DNA of 64,000 nt. Origin: Leucoraja ocellata. Its lineage: Eukaryota. Where the stretch lies: NCBI GenBank assembly GCA_036785375.1, contig JAWMAR010000006.1, positions 13,144,001 through 13,208,000 on the forward strand. Direction: 5' to 3'. Under the pieces are notes generated by a model. It was not told the DNA's origin. It was given only the letters and a program-made list of their open reading frames with translations, and did not search any database. The position numbers and the translations under genes are program-made. Shown here in pieces: positions 29,311-43,975 of this stretch (within the stretch, counting starts at the first letter, position 1; each line of letters opens with the position of its first letter).

Positions 29311-29544
29311 ATATAAAAATAAATGCCACAAGTTTCTCAAGAGGCACGATTGCAGAAAAATGTTGGCTATGTTTCAGAGGTTTGACCGACAAGACCAACA
29401 TTTATTGCAAATCTCTTAAGTGGTGAAAAATGGTGAAATGAGCTGATTCTAGACCAGTTGTAGCCCTTGAGGTGAATGTACCCCCATTGTGCCATTGGGT
29501 AGAGTGTTCCAGGACACACACCACCCTGACTACGTTCCCATTTC

Positions 29545-29835
29545 ACGCCAACCATCGGCAGGTAAAGGAGTTTGATAACTCTGACCACGAGGTTCGAGAA
29601 TAGTTTCTTCCCAACAACCATCAGGCTCCTGAAGACGACATGACACTAACCAGTGATCTATGGACTGTCTTGGGTTGCACAAAGGACTTTGGACTTTTTT
29701 TAGCACAAGTATTCGGGTTATTAATTTATTGTATATTATCTATGTGTATTGTGTTACAGGCCCGTTAGGCTGCTGCAAGTAAGAATTACGTTGTTCCTTG
29801 TCCATATATATGACATTTAAACACTCCTGACTTGA
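29545..29835 (+). mobile_element. Rex1/Babar-like LINE 3' fragment
   Basis: Encodes a PSGR..RS...RFxNSFFPTTIRLL-like terminus; ttgac tail. Confidence 0.6.
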
Positions 29836-30218
29836 TTTTTAATCCAATATAGGATTAGCCAATTATTTACAAGGTGGAATATTATGAGATTTGAAGGGTA
29901 ATTTATCCAGCAGCAGTCATGTAGATGGACCTTCCTTATTGTCTGATGGGATCCTGGTGGAGTTACCAGTGAATGATCCGCTGGTGATTCCCATCACGTT
30001 AATGGCTGCAGCTGAAAGAAAGAACAATTAGGGGATGAAAGGTGTTCATGTTTTTGTAGGCCAATTCAATTTAGAAGAAGTGCTGACTAACTCTTGTAGT
30101 ATTTGTATAAAGTTAAATTATGTTACAAGTGTAGAAATATACAATGAGTAATTGATCTTAAATTGGCAAACACAAAGATGCAATACTATATCTAATAGTC
30201 TCACCCTTTATCATTTAA

Positions 30219-30344
<126 letters not shown>

Positions 30345-31111
30345 TGATTAATATTTATGGCTTACAAGATGGCAATGTGCAAGTTGTTCTTTTATTTATG
30401 AAAATCTTCTGTCTGCGTACAAGCCACAATATTATTTTATTCCTCATTTAGTTGTGGGAAATAATTTGTTTAATGTGTAATATTCAATTTAAATATTGTA
30501 TTTAATTCTGAGATCTTTGTTCAGTAACTTCCATATGTAAATTGTGGCTTACAAAAATTATTACATATCAGACAAATATCAAAGTGGGAGCAATCAATAT
30601 CTGTGGTTCATATTGAATTAGTTGCTACTTCAGAATCACCACAATGAAAAATAATAACTCTTGGTTGTAAATTTACCAAAGAGAGAAACCAAGTATTAGG
30701 GATTTCATAAAAAAACATACAAAATATAATTATGGTTGGCTAAGGATTTGATACCTTTTGATTATTTTCAAAACAAAATGCATTCAATGCTAAAAGAATA
30801 TTGTTAGTTTGTTTATATACTAACTGGACTTTAAATGGAAACTAAAAACAATGCAGTAAGTCTTAAATTACATGTTTTTTTAATTAATAAAATGTTTTCA
30901 TGTATTATCTATCGCATCTGAATATATATAGCACTCGCAAGATGTGATTGTTGCCTACATAATCATTGTTACACATTAAAATATGACTTGTATACGTAAG
31001 GCATCACACACTTCTAGTTTTGGAGAAAAACGATTCTAATTATGTGCAACATTTTCATTTTCTTATGACAAAAGCACGACACAAACATTGCGATCATTTT
31101 TTGTCTTTCAG

Positions 31112-31238
31112 AACATGAGAAACAAAGACTTTGCAAAAGTGCAGATTATATGAATTTACACTTCAAAGTCAAGTGGCTGTATAATGAATATGTAAAAGAC
31201 CTCCCAGCTTTCAAGAATTCTGTCCCAGAGTACCCAGC
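31112..31238 (+). CDS. unc13a: unc13a exon (~28): [43 protein letters not shown]
   Basis: tttcag| and |gtaagt, 127 nt. Confidence 0.96.
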
Positions 31239-31375
31239 GTAAGTGTTCCTTTAATAATTGATCTCCCAGTGTGGTCAGTATTTGGGTACAATTGCTATTT
31301 TTAAGAAACACTCACTTAGTTGACACTAAAGTTTCAGTACTTCAGTAAAAGTACTTCAATACTTCAGCGAAAGTA

Positions 31376-32036
31376 AGCATGCAGGTACAGCAGGTAGTGA
31401 AGAAAGCAAATGGCATGTTGGCCCTCATAGCGAGAGGATTGGAGTACAGGAGCAAGGAGGTCCTACTGCAGATGTACACGGCCCTGGTGAGCCCACACCT
31501 GGAGTACTGTGTGCAGTTTTAGTCTCCTATTTTGAGGAAGGACATTATTGCTACTGAGGGAGTGCAGCGAAGGTTCACCAGGTTAAGTCCTGGGATGGCG
31601 GGACTGACATATGAAGAAAGAATGGATCGACTGGGCTTATATTCACTGGAATTTAGAAGGATGAGAGGGAATCTCATAGAAACATACACATTTTTTTAGG
31701 GATTGGACAGGCTAGATGCAGGAAACATTTTGAGGGAGTCCAGAACCAGGGATTACAGTTTAAGAATATGGGGTAGGCCATTTAGGACTGAAATGAGGGA
31801 ACACTTTGTGTTCTGAATCTGTGGAATTCTTTACCACAGAAGGCAGTGAAGGCCAATTCACTGGATATATTCAAGAGAGTTAGATATAGCTCTTAGGGCT
31901 AACGGAATCGGGATTTGGGGAGAAAGCAGGAACGGGGTACTGATTTTGAATGATCAGCCATGATCATATTGAATGGCGGTGCTGGCTCAAAGGGCCGAAT
32001 GGCCTACGCCTGCACCTATTTTGTTCTATGTTTCTA
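31376..32036 (+). mobile_element. CR1/HER1-type LINE 3' fragment (inverted relative to 28120-28860)
   Basis: Same subfamily sequence through to the ttctatgtttcta tail. Confidence 0.9.
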
Positions 32037-32125
32037 CTGAAGACCCTTTTGCATGGGGCCTTATCTTCAGGAGGACTGAGCTCTAGTGGAAGTGCACAAC
32101 TTTCTCTTTGGTACTTCTCTTTGGT

Positions 32126-32380
32126 TAGGGTGGCATAGTGGTATAGCTAATTGAGCTGCATCCTCTGCTCAGGAACTTAGGTTCAATCCTGCTGCTGATG
32201 CTGTTTGTGAAGTTTGCATATTCTCCCTTGATCACACCAATTTCCTCCTGCATCCCAAAGACATGCAGGTTGATGGGTTAATTGTCCACTATAAATTGCC
32301 CCTAGAATGTAGGCCAATGGTAACATTTGAGGGGAGTTGATGGGAATATGGGGACAATAAATGGGATTATCATAGGATTA
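32126..32380 (+). mobile_element. Degenerate V-SINE
   Basis: Head and V-domain remnants. Confidence 0.6.
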
Positions 32381-35073
32381 AAGAGCACCAAGAAATTTAG
32401 CAACCTGAAAAAGTGTCTTTAAATAATGATCCGAATATCTCCAAATGGCATTTAGAAATTGCTAATTTCTCTCATTCACACATTCACAATGATTCAGTAA
32501 TATCAAATCTTACAATCATGTTGCAAATGAGTAATATAATAGGTATTCACAATTTACTTTTGGAACAATAATGTTTATTATGTAATTATAGAATTTAGTT
32601 TTCATTCAGTTTCTATTTATCAATAACAATTTAGTCAAATGTTTCTTTAATTTTGCCACAAAAAATATACTTCAACATTTGACATTTCCTTGTCAGAATG
32701 GAAATACATTGTGGACTCAAATGTATTTTACTTCTGATGAATGATGCCAAAAATTAAAACCGATTTATTAACCTGTTCGGTATATCTAAACACAATTTAT
32801 ATTCACCCTGCCAATCTCAGGGCTGACTTTTAATATCACACTTGAAAATAATCAGTATACATATAATGTTAATTGTCATAGAATCACAAAATAAACTACA
32901 TGCCTTATGTGCATCAGCAAATTTTAGTGAATAAGGATTCCCCAAGTAAGACTATTAATATCAAAAATACTGTAAACTCCTTTCAACAGTTGTTTTATAA
33001 CTACCCTAAGTTCACAGGATAATAGAAAATGGGACCAGAAGACAGTTGTTACCAAATTACAGAGCAGTGCACATAAGGTTGAGGAGTGCAATAAAGTACA
33101 AAAAGATTGGTGGATAGAAGACAAATGACTTCAATATATTGAAATGGTTCATTTTGTGGGAGAATTACAGCCATTTATTTAAGAGTTAAGGTAGAACAGT
33201 AAAGACAAATGAAAGTGTAAGCGCATAAATAATTAAATGTAGTAATAAAAGTTGATGAAGCTATGAAGTATCAAACTACTACCAAAGCTCATTGAAATGC
33301 AGAAGCTTACTGGGGCAGTGTTAAACTTGTACATAATTAAACTTAAAGCTGAATTCTAATTGCAGTGAAAGTGACTACATATCTGGAAGATTTCTCCATT
33401 CCACCGACTTCATAATCTGAATGTATGAGTCATGCAAGGAACTTGCATGGTTGGCAATTTTATTATGTTACATGGTCAAATTAAATATTTTTTCTACATA
33501 TGTCTAGGTTTTTGTCAAAACCTCAGACCCTAGCCCCTTTCCCAAACAAATTGATCTCAAGACCATTCATAGACTTGCATAGTCATACAGGCCGTTCAGC
33601 TCAATTTATCTAGGAGGACTACGACGTGCCACTAGTCTGCATCTGACCATGTAATTCTCAACCTTTCCTATCCATGTCCCTGTCCTATACGGTAAATGCT
33701 GTTACCATACCAAATTGCAACATTGACTACACATTAAAAAGTAAACAAGTCACAAAAAAAATTATTATGCCAGTCAAAATATATACTAAATACTCTGTAG
33801 GAACACTCGTGCATGCTATTTCTCTTTTCGCTTATTCTTCTATTTCACTTTCTGGCACTGCCATGTGATCCAATCTGTGTTGTTTTATCAGAGATTGAGC
33901 CAACTTTTTACGTTCTTGCTTTGACTGCTGAAATACCCATGGGCAACAATGTAATTTAGGTTTTGCTGATAAGTACCCTGCCATAGACCACTCCATCTGC
34001 ATGTGCGCTGAGACAACCATCTCAAAACGAGGCAGCACATGGATACAAATTGCAGTAGGTGAGAAATGAACCTACTTAGACCACATCCTCCACTTAGATA
34101 CCCACTGTCTCTGACAATTTTTCAATTACCTACTGTTCCCTGAAACAGTAAGCCCACTTTGTTGCAAAACAGAGCACTCAAAGGTCCATATGAGGGTGTG
34201 TGTATCTCAAACTGGTGTTCTTATATGAAAGTTTGCATGCACATGTTTGAATATCACGTTTGAAGGTCCATAAAAAAAATCTCTGTCCGTGAGGGGGGGG
34301 GAATGATGATGATATATCTATGGTATCATACAACTAATCCAATCTATGTCCAAGTGTGTGAAAGCAAAATAACTTTGGTTGCTGGGCATATGGAATAGAA
34401 GCTAAATACTGACAATGATCAGCCTAGTGGGCTCCATCTGTAGAGAGAAAAATTTAAGATTTCAGGTTGGTGATCTTTCATGGCCATGGCCACATAGGCA
34501 GACACGATTTGATTGATTCAAAAGATCTATATCTGTACTGTAGATCCTTTGTAATTATGCCTGGCTGAAATGTCTGCAGAATTATGTCAACCCAAGGTTC
34601 AGCGATGGGTGCTCCTCGACATTAGCTTTAAAAACCCACAAACCGGTGGAAAAATCCTAGCTGTTCGTTCATTATTTCGTTTGCTATCATATGTTAGATG
34701 CAAAGCATTGTTATTGCAATGGTTTTGCTGTTCTATTCAATTATTTCATTAAATGTTTTGTTCCGTTTTTGTGATACTATCTGACCCACTATATATTTTC
34801 AATATGCTTTTTTCTTTGCTTAATATTCACACGCTCATGTACTCAGTAGGAAGTCTCTTAATTGAAATAGTTAAACATTGAAAATGACATCTCTGTAAAT
34901 AATTGAACTGATATAAGCTGCATTGTTTGATATTTTTATGCTGAGCATAAATTACTTTTATTAACTTATCATTAATTTATATCTAGAAAATAATTGGGTC
35001 CTTACTCTTAAGGAAGAAAGCTTATCAATGACATTGTGCATGGATGTAATATATTTCTAAAATGCAAGTTTAA

Positions 35074-35352
<279 letters not shown>

Positions 35353-35914
35353 TAGAACCACTGTTCTAACGCTTCTTCCTCTTCATAGATTTATGTAATG
35401 TCCATTCGTAAGTTATTATTGAATCTGCTTTTCAAAGAAAAATAATCCAGATATCAATTTAAATATATGAAAATGTATTCATCACCAATATTTGTTCACA
35501 TCGTAACCTAAACATTGCTGTGATAGCTTTGTGATGTGTGATCTGACAAGAGGCAAAACATCAACATCAAAACAACAACATTAGCTCTTCATGTTATCTG
35601 AAGCGGCTTGAAATGGCTTTAATGAGAACCCACCACCCATTTTTAGCATTACAGAGGTGTGCAGAGAGAGGGGGTATCATTGTGGCACCTTACCCCAATG
35701 GAAGTAGACCAATTCTCGCTGCCATCTGAGATCCCTCAAAGGAATTTGGATTTTTTTCCACTATTGATTTTGTTACCTTAACGGCAACCAATCGCCATGG
35801 ACATACCATTGGTCAAAACAATGGGTCTCGGTTCAGTCAAGATCATTACGACTGTCAGATGCGAGCTTACTCAGCTATGTGGGTAGGTTGTGTAAAACTG
35901 GAAAGGATCCATTA

Positions 35915-36090
35915 AAATATATTCAAGAGAGAGTTAGATATAGCTCTTAAGGCGAACAGAATCAAAGGATATGGGGAAAAGCAGGAACAGGGTACTGATT
36001 CTGAATGATCAGCCATGATCATATTGAATGGTGGTGCCAGCTCGAAGGACCGAATGGCCTACTCCTGCTCCTACTTTCTATGTATCTATG
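35915..36090 (+). mobile_element. CR1/HER1-type LINE 3' tail
   Basis: gatcagccatgatcatattgaatgg...gaatggcctactcctgct. Confidence 0.8.
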
Positions 36091-37001
36091 AATATTGACA
36101 GGACTGCTTTCTGTAATGCCCACAAAGAAGTGAGCAGATTACAAAATAACCTAACTTTATTTTCAATTAAATTATCAAGTGAAGTTAGAATCAGGAACAC
36201 ACTGCCTGTTGATGTAATAGAAGCAGGTTCAATTAAAATGGAAATGGTGGAAAATTAATTGTACGGTTACTGAGAAAGGACAGGTGGGGTGGGTCTGGTG
36301 AATTGCTCTGGTAGAGAGCCAGCATGGATGTGTTGGGCCAAATGGCCACTCTTTTACTGTAATTGTTTCAGAAATCCAGAAATGCACGTTCACATAATTA
36401 CATAGAGCCAACACATAGGCCACCCTTATTGTGTCCTACCTTCTGCTTGTTGTCCATTTTTAACCTTCATTGTTATCCAGTTGTTTGTATAAGCATTTTT
36501 AAGCACTATCTTAATTTGTGATTCAATTTTCAATAAACAGTGTACAAACTGTACCTTCAAATTTCTCTCTTGTGCCTCTTATAGACTTACATCCATCTGT
36601 TTATATTGACTCTTCTCATTGTTCCCACCAAAATGTAATAGTCTGGTTTTCTCATATATTCCCTTCTCTCCAACTCCCATTTCACCATCTTGTATATCTC
36701 TTTGACATTTATCACATTCTTCTTCATAGTTCACCATGTTTACGTTTTAAGTCATCCACAAATTTAGAAATTGCTTTCCGTAGTCCCAACTATAAAGTAA
36801 AGTTAATAAGTTAACAAAAGCAGAGGTACTTGTACCAACTCCTGGAGAACTTCAATGTATACTTTCCTTCATTCTGAGAACAATCGTTCAATTCTATTAT
36901 CTGTTTCAATAATTTTCCATCTAAGATGAAAGCAGGCTGTGTAAATAGATTTATTATCAAATGATCAAATGAAAATCAAAATTAATTTCCTTTATTTTTA
37001 A

Positions 37002-37169
<168 letters not shown>

Positions 37170-37549
37170 TGAACATATTAGGTGAAAAGACATCAAACTA
37201 TATTCAAATTTCAGCCTCACTGCTGTCGAGGCTTTCCTTATCAAATACAAGGACTTACATTCTTCCTACAATAATATTTCTGTATATCATCGATATCTAT
37301 TGGACAGAGTTTTATTATTTTTTACTAGCATTACTGCCTGATTGTAGAGCATGATACATCTGTTTGTCTCTCAGTAGATTCACCCCATAGATCTTAGTTT
37401 AAGCTTGCCATCTTGTTAATGCAAGCTCCTGATTTTATACTGGTGCCATTGTGCAAACTGCTTCAGATTGGGGTAGAGAAGAGTAACGTAGGTTCTTTTT
37501 GTCTGACACTTCGACTCTTTGATTTCTGGAGCTACAATAATAAGACATT

Positions 37550-37855
37550 GATGCAGTGGTAGAGCTGCTGCCTCCCAGCACCAGCGACCTGGGTTTGATC
37601 CTGAGTATGGGTGTTGTCTATGCGGAGCTTGTATGTTCAACCTGTGACAGCGTGGGCTTTCTCTGGGTGCTTCAGTTTCCTTCCACATTCCAAAGGCATG
37701 CAGGTTTATAGGGTAAATGCCGTCTGTAAATAGACCCTAGTGTAAATTGACCCTAGCGAATGTGGGATTACATACAACTAGTGTACCGTTGATGGTCGGC
37801 GTGGACTCCGTTGTCCAAGGGCCTGTTTCCATACTGTATCTTTAAATTAAACTAA
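37550..37855 (+). mobile_element. HE1-type V-SINE
   Basis: Head, V-domain and taaactaa tail. Confidence 0.8.
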
Positions 37856-38188
37856 GAATTATTTCTTAAATAATAAGCCTGGCTTAATGGAAATGAGCAC
37901 CATATAATTAATGTACCAGCAATAATATTCTTTTAAATTTCATGCACGCCCATCCCTTCTCTTTGCCCCTAGAAATGATAGATGCCTGGTACAAACACTG
38001 ATGATTCCTTTTAAATATCTGTACATCCAAAAATGTTAGGTGGCATGATATTCATTGAAGAATATGATAAACAAATTGCACTCTGGTTCATTATTCCAAT
38101 ATCAACATTTATTTCCTTTTTAAAGTATTTTTATAGTTTGTGTGCAAAGAAAACAATTTTTTAAATAAATTTAAATTTTATTTTTCAG

Positions 38189-38266
38189 ACAATTAGCAAT
38201 GTGCTATTGCAGTATTCTGAGATAATAGCGAAGGATTACGCATCGTATTGTTCAAAGGAGAAAGTG
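38189..38266 (+). CDS. unc13a: unc13a exon (~31): [26 protein letters not shown]
   Basis: tttcag| and |gtaatc, 78 nt. Confidence 0.95.
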
Positions 38267-38641
38267 GTAATCTATTCTAATATTCTGTAACCTATCAGCA
38301 CTATAGTATTGAAGTCGGAATATTGGTAAACACTGCACTTGTATGAGCATCTATGAGAAGAAATTATTTTGTTTTTATTATTTCTCCCATTTCTTACCTT
38401 TCTCCTCTTTGAATGTTTGGTTTAATGTTTTCCACTCTAGTATTAAAATGTTGTGCTAATTTTACTAATATTTAATAAAATGGCACTGTTGTATCTTAAT
38501 ACCAGACATTTTAAGACAAAAAGTCATCCCTCTGTTCTTTGAACGTTTGCAAAATTCAACAGCAAAAATTGTCTGAAAGTTCTCTTGGGACTCACTTTGG
38601 GCCAGGAAATAAATATTGCAGAAGTTTCAACAAATATCATC

Positions 38642-39091
38642 TTTTTTTTTTTTAAATATTTTATTTTATTAGAAGTAAGTACAGTCATATGGCACCAAAG
38701 TGCCTAATATATATTTTCATAATACATTTTATGTACAACTTTTTTTTTTTGTTACATTGAAAAAAGATTAGAATAAGAAAAAGAAGTTAGATAGTAAAGA
38801 ATAGAAATATGTGAAATATATAGTGTGTGAAGAAAGAAAACGAGTAAATGAAGAAAGTTGAGAGAGAAAATAAAGAAAAGAAAATAAAATAAAAAAGAAA
38901 AGGAGATCATTATTTATAATCTTGACCAACCCTCGTCCAGTCCTGAAACAGTTATTTTTTACAATTGTGTTGCACCATATGATTCCAAAAAAACGACGAA
39001 TGGAGACCAACTCGTTATGAATTGGTCTGATTATCCATTAGGAGGAATCGCATTTCCTCAAGATGAGCGGTGTCCAACATACTTGCAATCC
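38642..39091 (-). mobile_element. 5'-truncated L1-clade LINE with poly(A) and TSD
   Basis: Minus strand reads WIASMLDTAHLEEMRFLL ... WSPF, typical of a fish-type L1 ORF2 C-terminus. Poly(A) tail; 15-bp TSD at 38630-38644 and 39092-39106 (2 mismatches). Confidence 0.75.
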
Positions 39092-39501
39092 ACAAATGTT
39101 ATCTTTAAAAGTATTGTTTCAGCAATGGCAAATGTAGAAAGCTATTATAAATCCATGATTCAATCATTGGTATCTTGGTATAGTTCCACTTCTTTATGCC
39201 CCTAAAAATGATCATGGGGACACCAGTAAGGTAGACTCTACTATTCCACTAAAGTCTCCAACACCTTGCTAGTGTTCTGCCATTTCATATTTTAAGTTAT
39301 TTCTCAATCCTTAAGAAATGCGCATGAGTTTTATAATCCTTTTACACATTCAATAGAACTGTAATGCATTTTTAGACATCATTGTTATTTGTTTGGGGCA
39401 GGCCAACATTGATTGTACTTGTAAGCCAATCTATGGCATTTTATGTAAAGCTAAAAGCCTATAACCATAGAAATAATTACTGATACAATAACATTTTATA
39501 G

Positions 39502-39579
39502 CCATGTATCCTGATGAACAACATTCAGCAGCTACGAGTGCAACTGGAGAAGATGTTTGAAGCAATGGGAGGAAAAGAT
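39502..39579 (+). CDS. unc13a: unc13a exon (~32): PCILMNNIQQLRVQLEKMFEAMGGKD
   Basis: ttatag| and |gtaaga, 78 nt. Confidence 0.96.
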
Positions 39580-40528
39580 GTAAGATTATGAAATTCTTAA
39601 TTTATTTTTAGTTTTAAATCTTTTATGATTTCTAATTTAACGAATTACATTTCTTATCAACCTTTAATCTCCTGTTATGTTTCACAATAGTTCACCTGTC
39701 AAAAGAAATCCAAAGATTGCGAGTGTCATAATGGTGTTACCATGCAAATTCTACCGTCTATGACATTGATTGATGAATTAAGCATTTATTGGCTAAACGG
39801 GTGGTTCGGCCCAACTTGTCCATGCTGGCCAAGCTCTCTCACTGAGCTAGTCCCAATTGCCTGCCCCATGCCAATATTCCGCCAAATCTTTCCAATGCAC
39901 TTACCTGGCCAAGAATCTTTTAAATGTTATAATAGTACCATACGTGCTGGCTCTATGTGAACAAGTTGTTCTTCGGGTCCCTTTTGGTATATTTGGTCCA
40001 TAGAAAGAAAATATTGTCTCCTATGTACATTATTTTTAATGTTACAAAAACATGAACACGCACTCAGCTGGAGTGTTCCCAACTATCAAAATATAACTGA
40101 CCTAAATTAAACTGGAGGGCAACTGTTAGTGTTGATACCATTAGCATGGTATCATTTGTTTTTAATGTTACTGTACTATTGTCACTTTCCTTTGATTGAT
40201 ATGTGATTTCTAATGGTTCTTGCACCAGTAATCGCTATAAATAATGCACATTGCTCATTCCAGAACAGTGCTTCAGATACAAGTCCATGCATGGATGCAT
40301 TGTCCTGATAGGCTTGTACATTTATGAAGAAGGTAAAACACTAAGAAAGTAGTATACTAAATGCGGTTAAGCTCATTATGATAGTTGCTTTTGACATTCA
40401 ACTTCATTCTTTATTTTAGTTCAGTGCGCTGAATCACCATGTTCAGCTTGGCTAATGGTTTTCAGAATGCATGCCTGTATTTCAGAATGTTTGCTATGTG
40501 TACTGTAAATGCATGTCTGTATTTGCAG

Positions 40529-40617
40529 CTGAATTCAGAAGCCAGTGACATTTTAAAAGAGCTGCAAATAAAACTCAACAATGTGCTGGATGATCTCAGC
40601 AGAGTGTTTGCATTAAG
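40529..40617 (+). CDS. unc13a: unc13a exon (~33): [30 protein letters not shown]
   Basis: ttgcag| and |gtaggg, 89 nt. Confidence 0.95.
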
Positions 40618-40980
40618 GTAGGGATATCAAAATCTTATAGGATTTAAGGTACGCGTGCAATTAATCATGATCGGGTATATAAAGAAACTTAGGCAAAGAT
40701 ATTTAAGATATGGGTGTTTCTGTAAATAAGGGTACCAACCTGGCCAAATTTGAAAGTTATTAAAACACAATGAAATATCACAGGAATAAAAATGGGCCTT
40801 TTGAGCTAATTTGTGATCAAAATTTGACCAAAATTTAATATTTTTCAAAATTTGAAAATATATATATATTTTTAATTTATAAAACTAACAAGACATGGGA
40901 CACTTACTGATTTTGAAGCTCCCTTACAAAATGTCAGCACCTAACCCACGATGTGGCCCCTAGTTCATGCCAGGGTCAAT

Positions 40981-42062
40981 GCTTGGCATCACCACCTCCC
41001 TCTGCAATTGGACACTGGATTTCCTCACCAACAGACCACAGTCTGTTAGGATCAACAACCTCACGTCCTCCACTAACACTGAACACCGGCGTGCCACAGG
41101 GCTGTGTGCTCAGCCCTCTCCTCTACTCCCTCTTCACCTATGACTGCGTCCCTTAGTATGGCTCCAACGCCATCATAAAATTTGCCGATGACACAATGGT
41201 GGTAGGACTGATCAGGGACAACAACGAATCAGCCTATAGGGAGGAGATCCAGAACCTGGCAGCCTGGTGTACCAATAATAACCTCGTCCTCAACTCTAAG
41301 AAGACGAAGGAAATCATCGTTGACTTCAGGAAGACCAGAGGTGGCAGACATACCGCCATCCACATAAACGGGACTGAGGTGGAGCGCGTCTCCAACTACA
41401 AATTCCTCGGGGTACACATCTCAGAGGATCTGCCCTGGTCCCTCAATACCACCAAACTGATCAAAAAGGCGCAGCAGCGCCTTTACTTTCTGAGGAGGCT
41501 TAAGAAAGCTCACCTGTCCCCCCCAGACCCAACTTCTACCGCTGTACCATCAAAAGCATCCTGACCACCTGCTTCACGGTATGGTACAGCAGCTGCACGA
41601 CAGTTGACAGGAAGGCACTGCAACGGGTGGTGAAAACCGCTCAGCACATCATCGGTGCCCCGCTCCCTGCCATGGATGCCCTCCACCGCAAATGGTGTCT
41701 GAGACGGGCCGGGAAAATCATCAAGGACCCCTCTCACCCTAACCATGGACTGTTTGCCCTCCTCCCATCAGGGAGGCGGTACAGGAGCCTCAGGTCTCGC
41801 ACAAGCAGGCTGAGGAACAGCTTTTTCAATAACACCATTACACTGCTGAACTCACAGTCCCATCGCTAGCTATCTTTAGACTCTCCCTTTTGTATACATT
41901 TATTTGCCTATGTACCAGTTTAATTCATCCATAGTCCACATATTGTTAACCAGTATTTTTATTTCTACTATCTTGCACTATGACCAGACGCTAAACTGCA
42001 TTTCGTTGTACCTGTACACGTATTTGTGCAATGACAATAAAGTTGAATTGAATTGAATTGAA
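40981..42062 (+). mobile_element. Rex1/Babar-clade LINE, 5'-truncated and frameshifted RT
   Basis: [48 protein letters not shown]; (TTGAA)n tail. Confidence 0.92.
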
Positions 42063-42555
42063 TATAATCGCATTGTTTAAATTTAAAATATAAATCGCGA
42101 GTGCAAAAAAACCCCGTTATAGCGCTCTGAATAGCATTGACAACGGGAGGGACTACAGAATGAGACATCGCTAAAATAGGCGAGCAAACTTGATTTTTAT
42201 TTCATGATTTTAAGTTCTATTCATTGTTCAATATTAAGTATTTTAATGGAAAGCTTAAACACAAAATATAAACAATAAAAAAAGAAACAATAAATATAAA
42301 AACGGTTCACACATGACACATTTCACACGTGACCAAAGAGGCTGCTGCAAAAACTTGGGACATCAGAAAACCATCTAATCGGGTGATAAATGATAAAAAT
42401 CATAAGCATCAGAATTTGGCTTGTATAGTTATTTAATTGCAAAATCAATTGCAAAGGTTATATAATCTCCCAAGCTAGATACATCAACCTGATTGGTTCT
42501 TTGCATCTTAATCAAGCAAGTGCGGGCAGGAGTGTGTCGTGTGGATGGGATCTAA

Positions 42556-43017
<462 letters not shown>

Positions 43018-43036
43018 TAACATGTAAAAGAAGCCA

Positions 43037-43298
43037 TCTGTGTGGAGTTTGCACATTCTCTCTGTTACCGCATGGGTTTCTTCTGGGTGCTAAAGTTTCT
43101 TCCCACATTCCAAAGACGTGGGTTTGTAAGTTAATTGTCCTCTGTAAAATTGACCCTAGGGTGTAGGGATTGGGATAACATGTGAAAGTGGGATAACGTA
43201 GAACGAATGTGAAAGGGTGGTCAATGGTGAGCATGGACTCAGTGAGCCAAAGAGCCCGTTTCCATTCTGTATCGATCAATCAATCAATCAATCAATCA
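43037..43298 (+). mobile_element. HE1-type V-SINE (5'-truncated) with (TCAA)n tail
   Basis: Clear V-domain and tail. Confidence 0.8.
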
Positions 43299-43697
43299 AA
43301 AGCAATCTTTGCTTTCTTGATGTCAATGGAAATAAAAATCTAGTGAGGTGTTGACACAGCGAGCAAAATTGACATTGTCATTTTTATTTACTGTTACCAA
43401 AGGTTAAAGTTACCAGGGCGATCTTGGGGAAGAAAGGCATTATACCACATGCCATCTGCATTTCAAAACTGAATGAACTAAAGTTAGTTAGAATCCAAAG
43501 GACCCAAGTGGTTACTTTTACATGTTAGTTGTCATAAAATGAAATAAAAAAACCATGAAATCTACTTTGATTCTATCCTTTTGAAACTTTCACAATATAT
43601 TCAAAGGGAGAATAATGCATGAAATAGTGCAAAAGGGAAGTCTCTAAATTATATTTAAATATAAGCAATGTATCATGCATATACTCTGATGGGTTTA

Positions 43698-43975
43698 AGC
43701 TGTGTCTCAGCGGTAGTACTGATATCTCCCACTGAGAAGATTGTGGACTCCCACTCAAAAGACTTGAGCAGAAAATTTAAGTTGACACTCTAATAGAGTT
43801 CTGACAAAATGTGGCATTGCTGATGTTGATTTTTGGATGAGATGTTAAACCAAAGTTGCATCCGTCCCTGAGGTGATCATTATTTGCACAGATCATGGAT
43901 ATGCTCCTCAATAATTTATCTAATATTTATTCCTCAACTAAAATCATATAGGCCAGATGATCGCATTGCTATTAT
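43698..43975 (+). mobile_element. Ancient Deu-domain SINE (SacSINE1/AmnSINE1-like)
   Basis: ttttggatgagatgttaaacc...ccctgaggtg and aatatttattcctcaac match the Deu-domain as I recall it; tRNA-like head. Confidence 0.6.
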
